DNA of 63,047 nucleotides, the filler included, from Gonapodya sp. JEL0774 (lineage: Eukaryota), in NCBI GenBank assembly GCA_027604505.1. It is 32 parts of 32 records of this genome, joined end to end, with 100 filler letters (N's around TTAATTAATTAA, not from the genome) between each part and the next. Parts side by side here need not be neighbours in the genome. Positions count along the whole stretch, not along the records: positions 23,756 to 25,631 come from JADIIX010002507.1; positions 25,732 to 27,607 come from JADIIX010002508.1; positions 27,708 to 29,583 come from JADIIX010002509.1; positions 29,684 to 31,559 come from JADIIX010002510.1; positions 31,660 to 33,534 come from JADIIX010002511.1; positions 33,635 to 35,507 come from JADIIX010002512.1; 26 more parts are not named here. One strand, written 5' to 3'. Made by a program: the position numbers and the translations under genes. The notes under the pieces were generated by a model. That model was not told where the DNA came from. It did no database searches and was given only the letters and a program-made list of their open reading frames with translations. Of the stretch, positions 24,684-35,607 are shown piece by piece; the first letter of the stretch is position 1; every line of letters begins with the position of its first letter.

Positions 24684-25631
24684 TCACGCCACCACAACCG
24701 ACGCCGCGATCGCTCCCCCGGTCAACAACTGTCCCGACACCTGCGCGTTGTTAATCGGCGGTGTCATGACCCCGTTGGCACACGTTGCGCTCATCGTGGT
24801 GAAGATGCCGCCGGTGTTGGGTTGGTCGTTCATGGTCTCGAAACTCAACACGTTGCCGGTGGCCTTGACGTTGGCGATGTTCCACGTCTGGGCGACGGCG
24901 ATGTCCTTCAGGTCCGTGAAGGTGAGTTTGAGCGCGGCGAGACCTCCGTTGGCGTCGTTGGCAGGTTGCATCCCGTTGACTTGGATGCCGATGTTGGCCT
25001 GGAAGGTGACGGGGTTCGCGCCCCAGCAGTTGGCAGCCTTCAGAGTGAGAACGGTATTCGGTGCAGCCCCTCCACCAGCATTACCAGCGTTACCACCATT
25101 GTTGTTGTTGTTGTTGTTGTTATTGTTGTTATTGTTGTTATTGTTGTTGTTGTTCTTCACGAGTCCGGCAGCCTGAGCCATCGCGAGAAGCTTGGCGGTG
25201 TTGTAGGTGAGCGAGGTGGTGACACCGTCGGCGTTCATGTTGGCGATGATGGGGAGTTTTACTTTGGGGTTCAGGTAGACGACCTGGAGGACGAATCGAA
25301 TAGGATTGGGACATGTCAACACATGGGGGGATACCAAACACATTGTTTTCGATATCACCACACTGACCTTGTTGAGCAGGACATCACACGTCAAACCCGT
25401 CCAACTCGCGGCATGCCTCTGACCCAAGAAGGTGTACAAGTTGGTCCCCGCCCCGGCGTCGGGACTCATGAAGTTCATGGTGAGCTTGGCGTCCGTGACG
25501 ATGGCCGCGGCGGTGACGTCGAGGAAGTTTTGGCAGTAGGAGACCGACTCGGCCTTGGTTCCGGCGCTGGCTCCCATGTTGACGGCGGCGCGGTAGGCGT
25601 TTTGTTTGTTCTTGTTGGCGTTGCCGTTGGT
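24684..25631 (-). CDS. Probable secreted protein: Cys-containing domain, poly-Asn linker, beta-rich C-terminal domain; 5' truncated
   Basis: Strong codon bias; intron 25367-25284; motifs NAYRAAVN, YCQNFL and SPDAGAGTNLYTFLGQRHAASWTGLTC. Confidence 0.8.
   Translation of the reverse strand, partial: TNGNANKNKQNAYRAAVNMGASAGTKAESVSYCQNFLDVTAAAIVTDAKLTMNFMSPDAGAGTNLYTFLGQRHAASWTGLTCDVLLNKVSVVISKTMCLVSPHVLTCPNPIRFVLQVVYLNPKVKLPIIANMNADGVTTSLTYNTAKLLAMAQAAGLVKNNNNNNNNNNNNNNNNNNNGGNAGNAGGGAAPNTVLTLKAANCWGANPVTFQANIGIQVNGMQPANDANGGLAALKLTFTDLKDIAVAQTWNIANVKATGNVLSFETMNDQPNTGGIFTTMSATCANGVMTPPINNAQVSGQLLTGGAIAASVVVA
25098..25154 (-). repeat. (AAY)19 coding microsatellite, poly-Asn
   Basis: 57 nt of gtt/att triplets on the + strand, giving N19 on the - strand. 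Confidence 0.97.
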
Positions 25632-25955
25632 NNNNNNNNNNNNNNNNNNNNNNNNNNNNNNNNNNNNNNNNNNNNTTAATTAATTAANNNNNNNNNNNNN
25701 NNNNNNNNNNNNNNNNNNNNNNNNNNNNNNNCATCTTGAAACCCTCCCGCGTGTCCTTTTCGCCATTCTCGCGGCAACATTTGGTACTCTTTACATTGTA
25801 TTTCATGTTATCTTTGTAATGACTCATGAAATTGGACAGCATCGAGGGGGGGCATGGTCCGATCAATTCTTTATGTGAATGAGCTGCTTTTCTCGTCCCT
25901 GAATATATTCAAAAACTCTTACTTGTGACATGAACATTCCACATCTACTCATACA

Positions 25956-27270
25956 TCACAAATATGTATTCGCGACAGCCAAAAGTTGTTTTTTAGCAAG
26001 CGCTAATGCCGCCCTAGTACTACTCGCAGTCACAAAACCTTGCTTCCTGAGTTCAGACGGGCACCCTTCAAATATTTGGCCATTCATCCGTGCCAAATTG
26101 GCCATCTGAGTTGCTCCCAGTCTCACAAGTGCGTGCGCTTCCGACAACACACTCAACGATTCATCCGGTTGGGTTAGTGGTAGCGCGAGATTTCCCGCCA
26201 GAACATATTCTTGGGGGTGGTCCGCGCCCTGGTCGCCACCTGGTACTTGGAGTGCGCCAACTCCGGGGAGATAATATTCGGGCCTAGGTTCAATATCAGT
26301 CATAAGATCCTTCGGTGAGAGAGTTCTTGGTGGGGGCCGTATCGGGGGCGGTATCGCATTGGAGAGGATGGTGTGATCCTGCACTAGTAGATCCTGCAGG
26401 AGCTGGTTAACTTCGGCTAAGTTCTGTGAGAACGTCAAGGTGTGAGGACAAGAGGTATTCAGAAACCAGATGTAATGCGCCTTCTCGAATATCTCTTCCA
26501 ACTTACTGGAGGCACGAGAAGCTGCTGTGAGTAATTCTGTAGTTCGTGACCTGTATTCGATTCGTCTCGGGCGTCGAGAAACCGAATCTGTGAGTGAGAT
26601 GACGTTCACGATGGAAAGGGAAACTCCAAAACGCGATGAGACACAAACGTTGTCATCTCTTGATGGCTTCGGAGTCGCAATCAGAAGAGATTGTTCTGTA
26701 TTTTGTGGGCCAGACCTTTGCCGTTTTAGGGATTGCGTACCCTTCGGAAGATTCTTCATGTCGGTCAAATGGTCGCATGGTCAGCATATCAGTGTGGCAT
26801 GGAAAAGTGGGCCAACATACCTTTTTACCGTGTAGAGGGCAAGCCTTATTCAACTCATAATAACACTTGTTGCAATAAATGGGGTACCCATCGGGGCCCA
26901 CGACTCGGGGCTTCCGAATGTCTGATTTCGAGCAATTCTTGCACTGCCAATCGATCGGCAATTTGGGCCTCTTGCCCCCTTTCTTCTTGCGTGCAATGCC
27001 CTTGCTGCAACCGTTGCAACCTGGAGGTACTGAAAGATGCCTGTTCAAATCCAAAATGCCCTGAGACATCCGCGGTTCGTGGTTCGTGAAGTCGCCTGGG
27101 GATGAACGAGTGGAGTTTTCGGGACTCGGATGGCCAGACTGTCCGGCCTCTGTAGCAAGTGCGGATCTGATATCCACAGTAAAGCTTTCGTTCGGTCCAC
27201 TGCTGAAGATAGATGGAAGAAGACTCAAAGGAGTGTCGGTGATCATCGGATCATACGCGGCCTCGGGCAT
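25956..27270 (-). CDS. Multi-exon protein with a GATA-like C4 zinc finger
   Basis: Basic cluster RKKKGGKRPK, then CKNC-x19-CNKC containing GPDG. GTATGT donor after HGKK; downstream frame ends at 25956. Confidence 0.65.
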
Positions 27271-27327
27271 AGGAGACCGATTAACAGAGACAGGAGAAAA
27301 GACGATGTGTTGCGAGCGTAAGGTGCT

Positions 27328-27607
27328 CGATGGGATGGGATGGTGGAAGGATTTGAATGTGTGTTTAGGATGAGATGGGATGGGATGGGATGAGAAGTCG
27401 TGTCTTTATTACAGAAAAGTGAGGTTGGACCTCAGGATGTGGCACAGCGACGTCGACAACCTCAAAGCCGTCGTCATCCCAATCCGGATCTCCATCCCTT
27501 CCTCATCCCATCCCCATCCCTCATCCCGAAAGAGTTTTGGAAAAGTTTCAGAATCGTGGTCCCATCCTCATCCCATACAATCCCATCCTCGTCCCATACC
27601 ATCCAAT
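27328..27607. repeat. Clusters of GGGAT/GGATG pentamers followed by their reverse complement (ATCCC/CATCC)
   Basis: gatgggatgggatgg (27328-27343) and ggatgagatgggatgggatgggatgag (27368-27394), then many catccc/catcct units from 27474 to 27607. Confidence 0.8.
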
Positions 27608-27707
27608 NNNNNNNNNNNNNNNNNNNNNNNNNNNNNNNNNNNNNNNNNNNNTTAATTAATTAANNNNNNNNNNNNNNNNNNNNNNNNNNNNNNNNNNNNN
27701 NNNNNNN

Positions 27708-29196
27708 CAATGTTCCAGAGCGGCTCAACGAGGGAGTGAGACTTGCTGAAGATGTCTTGCGAATGACCACACTAGACTCAAGCCGACGGTTGAAGGAACT
27801 TGTATCATCGGGGTCCACTGCTGCTAGGGTCCCGGAGCTTTTTGAAGACCTGGGAGCTAGTGCTACAAAGGGGGGTGACAACTCACCCAGGACAGTACTA
27901 CCGCTCCTTTGATGTCCTCTGCGGGGTGATCCGGCATCGGCAATGACACCTAACAGGCAAAACGATACCAATGTAAGCTTCCTTCCATCCGTAAATGGGT
28001 GTTTTTCACTTACCGGAGGAGGCGCTTCCATCTCTTCGATGTACGCTCTGAGGTTCTCCAGCAGACGTAAGCGAACTATAAGCAGCAACATCTTGGATCT
28101 GTACCTGGTCCCGTGCTGTACTTGTGGAACGGACTACGGACCCCGCGATACTTGCTGCAGACTTCATACGAGCCAATGACTTGGAGCGAGGAGTCTCAAA
28201 GATCGGTTGGACTGGTTCACCAGACTTTTGGTCAAAAACGCGAGAGGTTTGACGGGTGAGAGCTGGAGGTGAACAAACAGTGAGGTCGGAACCTGACAGT
28301 CATCTCCAATAAATAATTGAGATAACGTGAAAGTACCTGGTCGAGAAAGCGAGCGACTCCCTGTCCGCGGTACATCATTGTCTGAGTATACACTCGCGCT
28401 TGCTGGTTGCTTTTGATCTGCAAAACGACCTCCCACGAGACGGCCCCGATCCACACTGACAGATTTGCTGCGCACAGGAGGTGGAGGAGGAGCGTCTTGA
28501 CGCAGCGAGAACCCAAAGAGCTACGATAAGCACTTCGATGTAACTGGAACTGAGACTCGGACTCACCATCCGAGTCTGTTTCCGATTCTGTCCCTGTATC
28601 GCTCGAGCTATCCGAGTCCGATCCCTCCGAGTCGTCCGTGCCGGCGGATTCGGATTCCTCGGACTCCTCGGACTCGCTAAGGTCTATGCATGGTTTATGG
28701 CGAAAGCTGACTCGGGGATTACCACAAACCATTCTACGTTGACTCAGCATTCACCTGCAGGTGCGTTTCCCACCTTGGGAGTGGCAGTCTGGACAGCTTC
28801 AACCATCCGGCCGCTCTCTCTCTCCGCTTCCTTCCGCTTTCTCTCCCAGAGTGATTCACCCTTGCTGAACGTGAAAGACCTCATGATGCCGGGTGATTTT
28901 CCCGAACCAGGTGTTGTCGGGGTTGGGGGTTCCCTGACCAATTCTGCACCAGCAACGGAGGAGACACTCCTTCCCAGAGGTCTTGGTTGGGCATTTGCTC
29001 GAGAAAACCAGAGCGATCGGGACGCTTCGTCCTTTTCCGGAATGGGTGGGGGTGCTGGACTCTTGGGGGTTTCAGCCTCGGACTCGCTGCCATCGAGGGA
29101 CAGCTGCAGGGGAGGCAGAGTCGTCTGGACTTCTCGGGGACCGTTCCAGACCCAGTTGAGCACGGTGGACACACGGGTGGTTTGATCGCCAATCAT
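27708..29196 (-). CDS. Hypothetical disordered S/E/D-rich multi-exon protein; 3' truncated
   Basis: Several low-complexity frames separated by GT-AG introns, including the acidic tract SESEESEESESAGTDDSEGSDSD. Confidence 0.6.
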
Positions 29197-29795
29197 TGGT
29201 TTTTGAGGAAAATCTTCAACATGCGGTGACTAGGCTTTGCGGTGTTTCCGTTTTTGAACAAATGTACAGCGGGACTCCACAGCGGATCTATAGGAAACGA
29301 TGCTCGCTAGCATTCGATTGAATCCAAGTTTTCCTACTCCTCCGACTGTATGCCAGGTGATGTAAATGCTGGCAGTTGGCGATCGAAATACGACACTAGT
29401 ACCTTGACAGTACGATCAGTACCGTACCCACATCAACTCTAAAGATTGTTGTAGCTCAGGTTTCCGGGCTACTCTGGCTTCTGTTCTCCAACTGAACACT
29501 CCACGTCATTGAATCGGCAAGTAAAACGCAGGTGCACGTGAGCAGGTAGGTGGTCACAGCCTTCCCACGCATACAATAAGAATNNNNNNNNNNNNNNNNN
29601 NNNNNNNNNNNNNNNNNNNNNNNNNNNTTAATTAATTAANNNNNNNNNNNNNNNNNNNNNNNNNNNNNNNNNNNNNNNNNNNNGATTTCGGCTTTCCAGA
29701 GGCCGCCACCTGCATAAGAGTCACACAGGATAAGTCTCATATCGTAGCCACTGGTGAGTCGAGCGGAGTGAGCGAAGCGAACCGGAGGCCGGCCT

Positions 29796-29976
29796 CGCCC
29801 AAGCGTCAGCGACGGGCACAGTCCGCCGGAGTCGAGTGATTTCCTCCGCCCAAGCGCCAGCGACGGGCAGAGGCGAGTGATGATCTGCGGTCCATATGGA
29901 CCAATTAACCGTTTGGACTTTTGATGGACTTGTGGGCGGGTAGAGTCAAAGTGGTCCATATGGTCCATCCGGACCA
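29796..29976. repeat. 23-bp direct repeat (x2) plus palindrome cluster
   Basis: CGCCCAAGCGYCAGCGACGGGCA at 29796 and 29847 (22/23 identical). Perfect palindrome GGTCCATATGGACC at 29889-29902, with a variant at 29953-29966. Confidence 0.8.
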
Positions 29977-30061
29977 GAGTACGATATGGTATCCATTCTC
30001 CCTCGACTTACCTGACACACCTCCCTTCCCACCCCCCCACCTCCCCACCCCGCCACCCAAG

Positions 30062-31559
30062 GCCTCTACAAACCCCAAATGCGCGTATGGGACCTCGCAG
30101 ACCTCTCGCTCAAGTTTGAGCGGCACACCGACGCGGAGACGGTCAAGTTTCAGGTGGGTTGGGTGCGTTGGATGGATTGGATGGGTTGGATGGGTTGGAT
30201 GGGTTGGATGGGTGGCTGGCTGGTGGTGGTGGTTCGGAGGTGATGGTGGTGCGTGGTGGTGGTGGTTGGTCGTTTGGATGGTTTGTTGTTATCATGGGGC
30301 AGGGTGTGCTGGTCCATGTACATCTGAGGGTGGTGTGACGTGTTGTGGGTGCGGTGTGGTTATGGTTTAGTGTGGGTGGGGCACCGTACGGGTCGTGCGC
30401 TTCACTCTTCCCTCCCATCCCATTTCTAACCCTGCTCACCCATCTCAACCCCCCCCTTCCAGCTCCTCGACTCCTCCTGGCACAAGTCCGTCCTCCTCCA
30501 GTCGGACCGCTCGGTCGAGTTCCACGGGCAGGGCGGGGTGCACTACAAGACGAGGGTGCCAAAGGTACGGTGCGGGTTAGGGTGGGGTGGGGTGGGGGTG
30601 GGGGTGGGGAATTGGGTTAAGGGGGGAGTGGCGGTGAAGATAAGAACAGTAGACAAGGACGTGCTTGTGGTGCCGCCGAACCCTCACCACCCCGCATGAC
30701 TGATAGTCGACCGCCCACCCCGCTCTTCCCATCCCCCCATCCCCGCATCCCCCCGTCCCAGTTCGGCCGCGACCTAACCTACCACCCACCCACCTGCCAC
30801 CTCTCCATCGCCACCTCGTCCCCCTCTGTGTTCCGCCTGGACCTCCACCGGGGCACGTTCCTGGCCCCGATCGAAACCTCGCTCGAGTCGGTGAACGCTA
30901 TATCCACGAGCGACGTGCACGGGTTGATGGGCATGGCCGGTGATGGGCTGCGGGCCGAGTTTTGGGACACCAGAGCGGCGAGGAGGGTGGCCTCGCTCGA
31001 CGTGCTCCCCCACATCGCGTCGTTTCTGCCCCTGCCCCTCACCACCTCGCTGCTCCCTCCGACCAGCCCCGCCTACACCCCGCCAACCTCGCCCAGTCTC
31101 ACCGCGCTGTCGTTCTCCCCCGACGGCCTGCACGTCGCGCTGGGCACATCGACGGGGCAAGTGGCGTTGTACGATCTCAGACGGCCCGTGCCGGTGGTGG
31201 TCAAGGACCACGGGTACGGGGAGGCGGTGAGGGCCGTGGGGTGGCATAACGGGGCGGGTGGTGGGGGTGGCGGCGGGGCCGGGAGGTTGTGCGTGTCGGC
31301 GTGTAGGAGGGCCGTGAAGGTGTGGCACACCAGCGGGACGACGGAGGGCGAGGGGGGTGAGGGTGAGGTGTCATCTCGTGGGACAAACTTCGTGTCCATC
31401 GAGCCCGACCACCGGGTGACGGACATGTGCGTGTTCGACGACACGTCCGGGTTGGTCTTGGTGGCCACCGAGAGTCAGTACATTGAGACTTTTTACGTGC
31501 CCGAGTTGGGACCCGCGCCACGGTGGTGTGCGTTTTTGGAGAACTTGACCGAGGAGATG
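30062..31559 (+). CDS. ENP2: Nucleolar WD40 protein Enp2/NOL10; both ends truncated
   Basis: Exons 30062-30153 (LYKPQMRVWDLADLSLKFERHTDAETVKF), 30463-30564 (KSVLLQSDRSVEFH..TRVPK) and 30762 onward (FGRDL..GTSTGQVALYDLR..KDHGYG..VPELGPAPRWCAFLENLTEEM). Confidence 0.96.
30172..30213 (+). repeat. Intronic (GGATGGGTT)n tandem repeat
   Basis: ttggatggattggatgggttggatgggttggatgggttggatgggt. Confidence 0.85.
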
Positions 31560-31659
31560 NNNNNNNNNNNNNNNNNNNNNNNNNNNNNNNNNNNNNNNNN
31601 NNNTTAATTAATTAANNNNNNNNNNNNNNNNNNNNNNNNNNNNNNNNNNNNNNNNNNNN

Positions 31660-33534
31660 TCCGGGCAGCAAGGGAAAACGAAGGGTGCTGGCACGAATGG
31701 AACTAAGGGAGCATCCCGGACAACTCAACCGTCTCCACCACCGAGTACAGCATCATCAATGCCTACCCAAATCCCGACTACCGGTTCCATGGCCGCAGCT
31801 CGATTAAAAGCTGGAAATAAGAGTGTCGCGGGCCCCAGCCCCCTGCGACAAGAAGTGAGCTCTAAAGGAAAGGTAGGGTTTGGATTGTTACGCGTTGGAT
31901 AGTGGACCCCAATTTTGACATTGTCCGACATTCCACGTGAAGGCTCTTCCGGAGAATATGCCCGACGCTGGTCCATTTGTACCCCCACAAATCTCGCAGG
32001 GCCTCAAACGTAATCACTCACAGGTCTCCATTGATACTTCACAACCTATGCACTTTCCGGACACCGCATCCTTTCTCCAATCTCAGCTGTCAGCGTACTC
32101 CTCCGCACTGGCAGGTCCGTTCCCCAATTCGAATGGACCCTTCGCCCCTACGTCAGTTCAATCACCGAGCGTGAAAGGCGATCCCTCCGAGAGTCCATTT
32201 ACCCGCAAGAACAAAGCCCAAAGGCCTAATCTGGCTACCCGTTCGCCCGTTCAGTCACCCACACACTCTCCCATGGGTGCTCTTTCGAAGTCGTTCTCGC
32301 TCCCCAAGGGACTGGGAGGTGCGATCGATCAATCTGCACTGCACAGATTACCAAATATGCCTCCCGGACTGTCGGACGTGATGGAATCGGTTTCGCAATC
32401 CGTTATGTCATACACAACTCCCGAAGAGAACCACCATGACCCCTTTTATCACCCAGCTGGTCATAACCTGCTCGATCTTCCCGACCAAGCGGGCTCGCAT
32501 GGGCTTAATTTCGCTGACCTCCATGGGCTTGGTGCGAGCCCATGGATGGAAGGAGTGGATGTACCGATGCCTCACTCAACATCGGCTGGTGGTAATCTAA
32601 GTTTTAATCAACAATTCGTTGACTCTTTGGGAGGAGGTCAGTCACTTGGAGGCGCCGTGGGCGTGCGTCGAGGGTCTGTCAAGATGCCAGAGGGAAACTA
32701 CGGTTCGGTTGGGGCCACGAATCGAGGCAATGGCCAGTTCGGACCACTAGGACCCGCTGTTGGATTAACATCTGCAGCTGTGGCACGGAAGAGGAGAGCG
32801 TCAGCCCCGGGTATCGTTGAGTTTGGCGTGGATGGTGAACTACAGGTAAATTTGTGCTCGTCTCACTGAGTTGTTCAAGGTCGGAGTGCTAAACCTTTTT
32901 CTGGGTTCTCAAATCTTGCTGGACAGAGCCCGAGCAATATGCTGATGGAAGGAGTTTCTGTTCCTAATACCACTAGTGCGTCGCAGATTTCAGCAACGAC
33001 AATCGCAGGGCATGTCGCACGCCAGCAACTGGCTGCTCGCAAACGCGCCAACTCGTTTGCTTCCGCACAGGCAGTTGCACTTTCTTACTTGAATTCTGCA
33101 AGTGGGACTTTAAATGTCAACTCGGCAACCTTGGCACTTCAGTCTGTCCTTCAGAACAAGGAACTTCAGCAGAGTGTTGGTGGACAGCTTACCTCATCAC
33201 CTCCATTTTCTCCTGGTGGGGGATCGCCTGGAACGTCAGCACCGCAACCAATCTCACGTGTAGCTTCAAATACAGTCCCTATGGGTGGTCGGACTAGCTT
33301 GCCGCATCATCAATCAGTTCTTGGCCAGCAACCTTTGTCCCATGGAGTTTCCCAAAATACCCAGCGTCAGGCGCAAATGAGTGGATCGGGTCCTAATCTT
33401 CCACCAGCTCAACGGCAGCGAAAGTACACAATTCACTCAGAGAATCAGATGGAGCTCATGGATCAAATCAATGCTGTCCTGCAGGCTACTCAGGGTGCCA
33501 CACCTCCTATGTCCACGGTTGACGACTCTCCCCA
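31660..33534 (+). CDS. Hypothetical low-complexity (S/Q/P/G) regulatory-type protein, internal fragment
   Basis: Three open segments separated by short GT-AG introns. Basophilic motifs RRGSV, RKRRASAP, RKRANSF and RQRKYT. Confidence 0.7.
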
Positions 33535-34166
33535 NNNNNNNNNNNNNNNNNNNNNNNNNNNNNNNNNNNNNNNNNNNNTTAATTAATTAANNNNNNNNNN
33601 NNNNNNNNNNNNNNNNNNNNNNNNNNNNNNNNNNGGAAATGGATGATGCTGATGAGGTTTGCATCTGCACGACGGGTGAGCATTATTCTATGATCTCTGG
33701 TGATCCCTGCTGTCGTGTAGTACTGAACGAGAATTTGCTGCACAACAATTCGGTTCCAATTTAGCCGGTGGCATCATGCCAGTATCCGTCGTTGATGGAA
33801 AGCCCAAAAGTGGAGGTAAGCCGGGTCCTGTCTCACTGACCTTGCGACGCCGGTTCTGGGACAAGCGTGTTCACGAGGATTGGCATGCTGAACGAGTGCA
33901 ATACTCTCCAGGACAGCAGCTACTAGCAACCCCCAAAATTTAAATTTCATTTCAATAGCCAAATCATATATGGAGTGCTCTATAGTGATAAGAATACTTC
34001 GGTAACCTACTGGGTGTCTCGGTTATCGACATGAAATTTATCATTCGCTAAAGTAATGTACACGAACTGTTCCGATGGACACATTTTCGATTTGAGCGCC
34101 GATTTAGTGCCGTGTGGGCGGTAATCATGGTGCATGCTTGATCCTCAAACAAGAATCTAAAAATTC

Positions 34167-34653
34167 ATGAAACTGCCACAAGTACTCAAGAGATTTGCTT
34201 GGAGGCGTAGACCCTCCACAGCCATTCCATCATCACTGGAGCTCCGTAGCTTCTTGTCCATTGCCCCCTCGTCCTCGTCCTCCTCACCAAGGACCCAGAG
34301 TTCTCCTTCGAAACTTTCGCAGGAGGTGGAATCCGGAGCCTACACTTTTGGGCCAGACTCTTGGGGCATAGAAAGATCTGTGAAAAATGTGTTTGGAGAC
34401 GAGGTGTGTGCCGCCTATTTGGTTGGTGTTCACAAATGACGTCATCCTAAATCTCACCAAAACACAAAAATCGAAACTCCAGGTCCCCGATGAGAACCCC
34501 GTACATCAGAACTCTTCTCCTCGTGGAGATGATATTGCTCGACAGATGGGATCAAATACCGAGTACAACAAGAGGAAGAATGTTCCCGGCAAGATCAGGG
34601 TGATTGATGATGCAGAGGAAGAAGGGGAGAGGGCTACTGATCCTGCACAATGA
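34167..34653 (+). CDS. Small two-exon hypothetical protein (about 135 aa)
   Basis: ATG at 34167; phase-0 intron 34404-34482 joins FGDE|VPDENP; stop at 34653. Confidence 0.55.
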
Positions 34654-34925
34654 GAGAACATGTAACGCCTCTACCATGGTTCTCATTGGGTGGATTATGA
34701 GTTCCGGCAGGCGCTCGAAATGAACATTGTACCATCCACAATTTCTTCTCCTAATAGCACGTGAACGCTGCGTCAAGGGAATTCGATGAAAATGCAATTC
34801 GTTCAGAAACCAGAGTAAAATACATGTTTTAACTGTGCGATGCCCGAATTACGAGATGAGCAAATCATATGGTCTCCCACCGAAACTTTGTTTCTTCATT
34901 CCTCGCTTCAAAGTGACCTTCACCT

Positions 34926-35507
34926 TCAGTCCCCAGAGTTCCTTTGAATCTTCATTCTCACCAGCTCCTCTTGTGCGCTCTGAATATTGAGCATCCCGGT
35001 CCCTCCAAGATGAGTCACAGTGCTTCCAGTTCTTGTGCTTCCCGACTGCTGTTCGTGAGCAACTTGCTTATGAAGCTCTCCGCTTTCCACCTGACTTATG
35101 TCTCCAGACGCGTTCCTCCGATGTTTGTAAAGAACCGACGACTCGCCGCCGCCCAATGGCAGCTCTCCAAAAGACAGAGGATGGGCCCGAGGGCGAGGTT
35201 CGGCAAGAAAAGCGCTACCGGACAGAGAAGTGGGTGTCATGGACATAGTGGAGGAGCCTGATGAGGAGTTAGAGGCGTGACCGTGGGGCGAATTTGGTGC
35301 ACTGGAATGAGATCGGTTGTGCCGTTTGACGGAGTCGAGATGGATATGACTCGGGTCCTCTGAGACTGAATACAGAGCATACCAACAATTCAATATGCCA
35401 GGCTTCATGTGATCATGCTGGAAAAGGGGGGACTCACACTTTCGCTTCAGGGCTCTTCCTAGTCCCGGACTCAAAGTAACAGCTGTAACGACGGGTGTGC
35501 CTGACGC
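34926..35507 (-). CDS. 3' end of a hypothetical Ser/His-rich protein
   Basis: Open frame with HNRSHS and HRRNAS motifs; stop at 34926; convergent with the preceding gene. Confidence 0.55.
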   Translation of the reverse strand, partial: ASGTPVVTAVTLSPGLGRALKRKCESPLFQHDHMKPGILNCWYALYSVSEDPSHIHLDSVKRHNRSHSSAPNSPHGHASNSSSGSSTMSMTPTSLSGSAFLAEPRPRAHPLSFGELPLGGGESSVLYKHRRNASGDISQVESGELHKQVAHEQQSGSTRTGSTVTHLGGTGMLNIQSAQEELVRMKIQRNSGD

Positions 35508-35607
35508 NNNNNNNNNNNNNNNNNNNNNNNNNNNNNNNNNNNNNNNNNNNNTTAATTAATTAANNNNNNNNNNNNNNNNNNNNNNNNNNNNNNNNNNNNN
35601 NNNNNNN

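Noticed and set aside
25732..25878. Possible TM-containing C-terminus on the + strand (LFAILAATFGTLYIVFHVIFVM)
   Set aside because: Only 48 codons at a contig edge; too little to support a gene call.
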